Assembly: GCA_043228905.1 (NCBI GenBank)
Contig: JBHGNT010000015.1
Location: forward strand, 2,480,001-2,544,000
Source of the DNA: Azolla caroliniana
Taxonomy: Eukaryota > Plantae > Polypodiophyta
DNA: 64,000 bases
Reading direction: 5' to 3'
Made by a program: the position numbers and the translations under genes. The notes beneath the pieces are model-generated. The model was not told the origin of the DNA, ran no database searches, and was given only the letters and a program-made list of their open reading frames with translations. Positions 63,408 to 64,000 of this stretch are shown here, piece by piece; the stretch's first letter is position 1; the number at the start of each line of letters is the position of its first letter.

Positions 63408-63964
63408 TATTTTACATCAAACGACAAAACCATATTTTTCTTTAAATGGGAAAACCAGATATAACCACACATGTTAGAGCTCATTTCTTTGTCCACCATC
63501 CTCACCATTGCTTCCATTTGATGTAAGATGGGGATGTTACAGTATAGGTGAAGAGATTCACCAACTATGCATTTACTTCGAGAGTCCGAGTATCACACTC
63601 AATTACAATGCCCCACCTTGGATAACACTTTAGTTTGCTTTCACCATGTTGCTAATATGCACAATCTTCATTCTCAATCACACTTTTTTTTTGTAAAAAG
63701 TCTTGACCACTAAGAGTTGCTACTCACATCCACGGATATTATGTAAAACATGGTCTACTTTTGGTTCCATAATCCATATTTGATATTCGAGGATGATAAT
63801 AAATCTATTTATACATCTCTTTTATAGTAATTGTCTTACTTACTATGATGAGCTATTATGCTATCAACACGAGGTTATGAATATAAATGAGCTTACAATC
63901 TCCACATAGTTAATATAACCTTCACATAGAACTAGGTCCACATTTAGTTAATATAAATGAGGTC

Positions 63965-63999
<35 letters not shown>

Positions 64000-64000
64000 G

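Overview
Repeat-rich land-plant nuclear DNA; a fern-like origin is inferred from the TE families and microsatellite content, not proven. 1-18 kb is a nest of LTR retrotransposons: a decayed Ty3/gypsy RT interrupted by a complete Ty1/copia (672-6466, TSD GCACC), then a deleted copia (7474-17908) that carries a complete, unusual gypsy (9556-16587) with a tRNA-Trp PBS, 4-bp TSD and a candidate -1 frameshift cassette between protease and RT. 18-24 kb holds TE debris. Two convergent host genes follow: a 3-exon DENND6-like gene (+, 24786-31921) with a near-perfect 13 x 211-bp array in intron 2, and an 8-exon SEN1/Upf1-family helicase gene (-, 40875-34976). 45-52 kb holds two related L1-type LINEs bounded by (GA)n tracts, one with a 5' inversion. 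58-63.4 kb is a very young, intact, CCGG-rich Tnt1-like copia whose LTRs contain a run of small hairpins. All coordinates were read by eye; no database searches were run.
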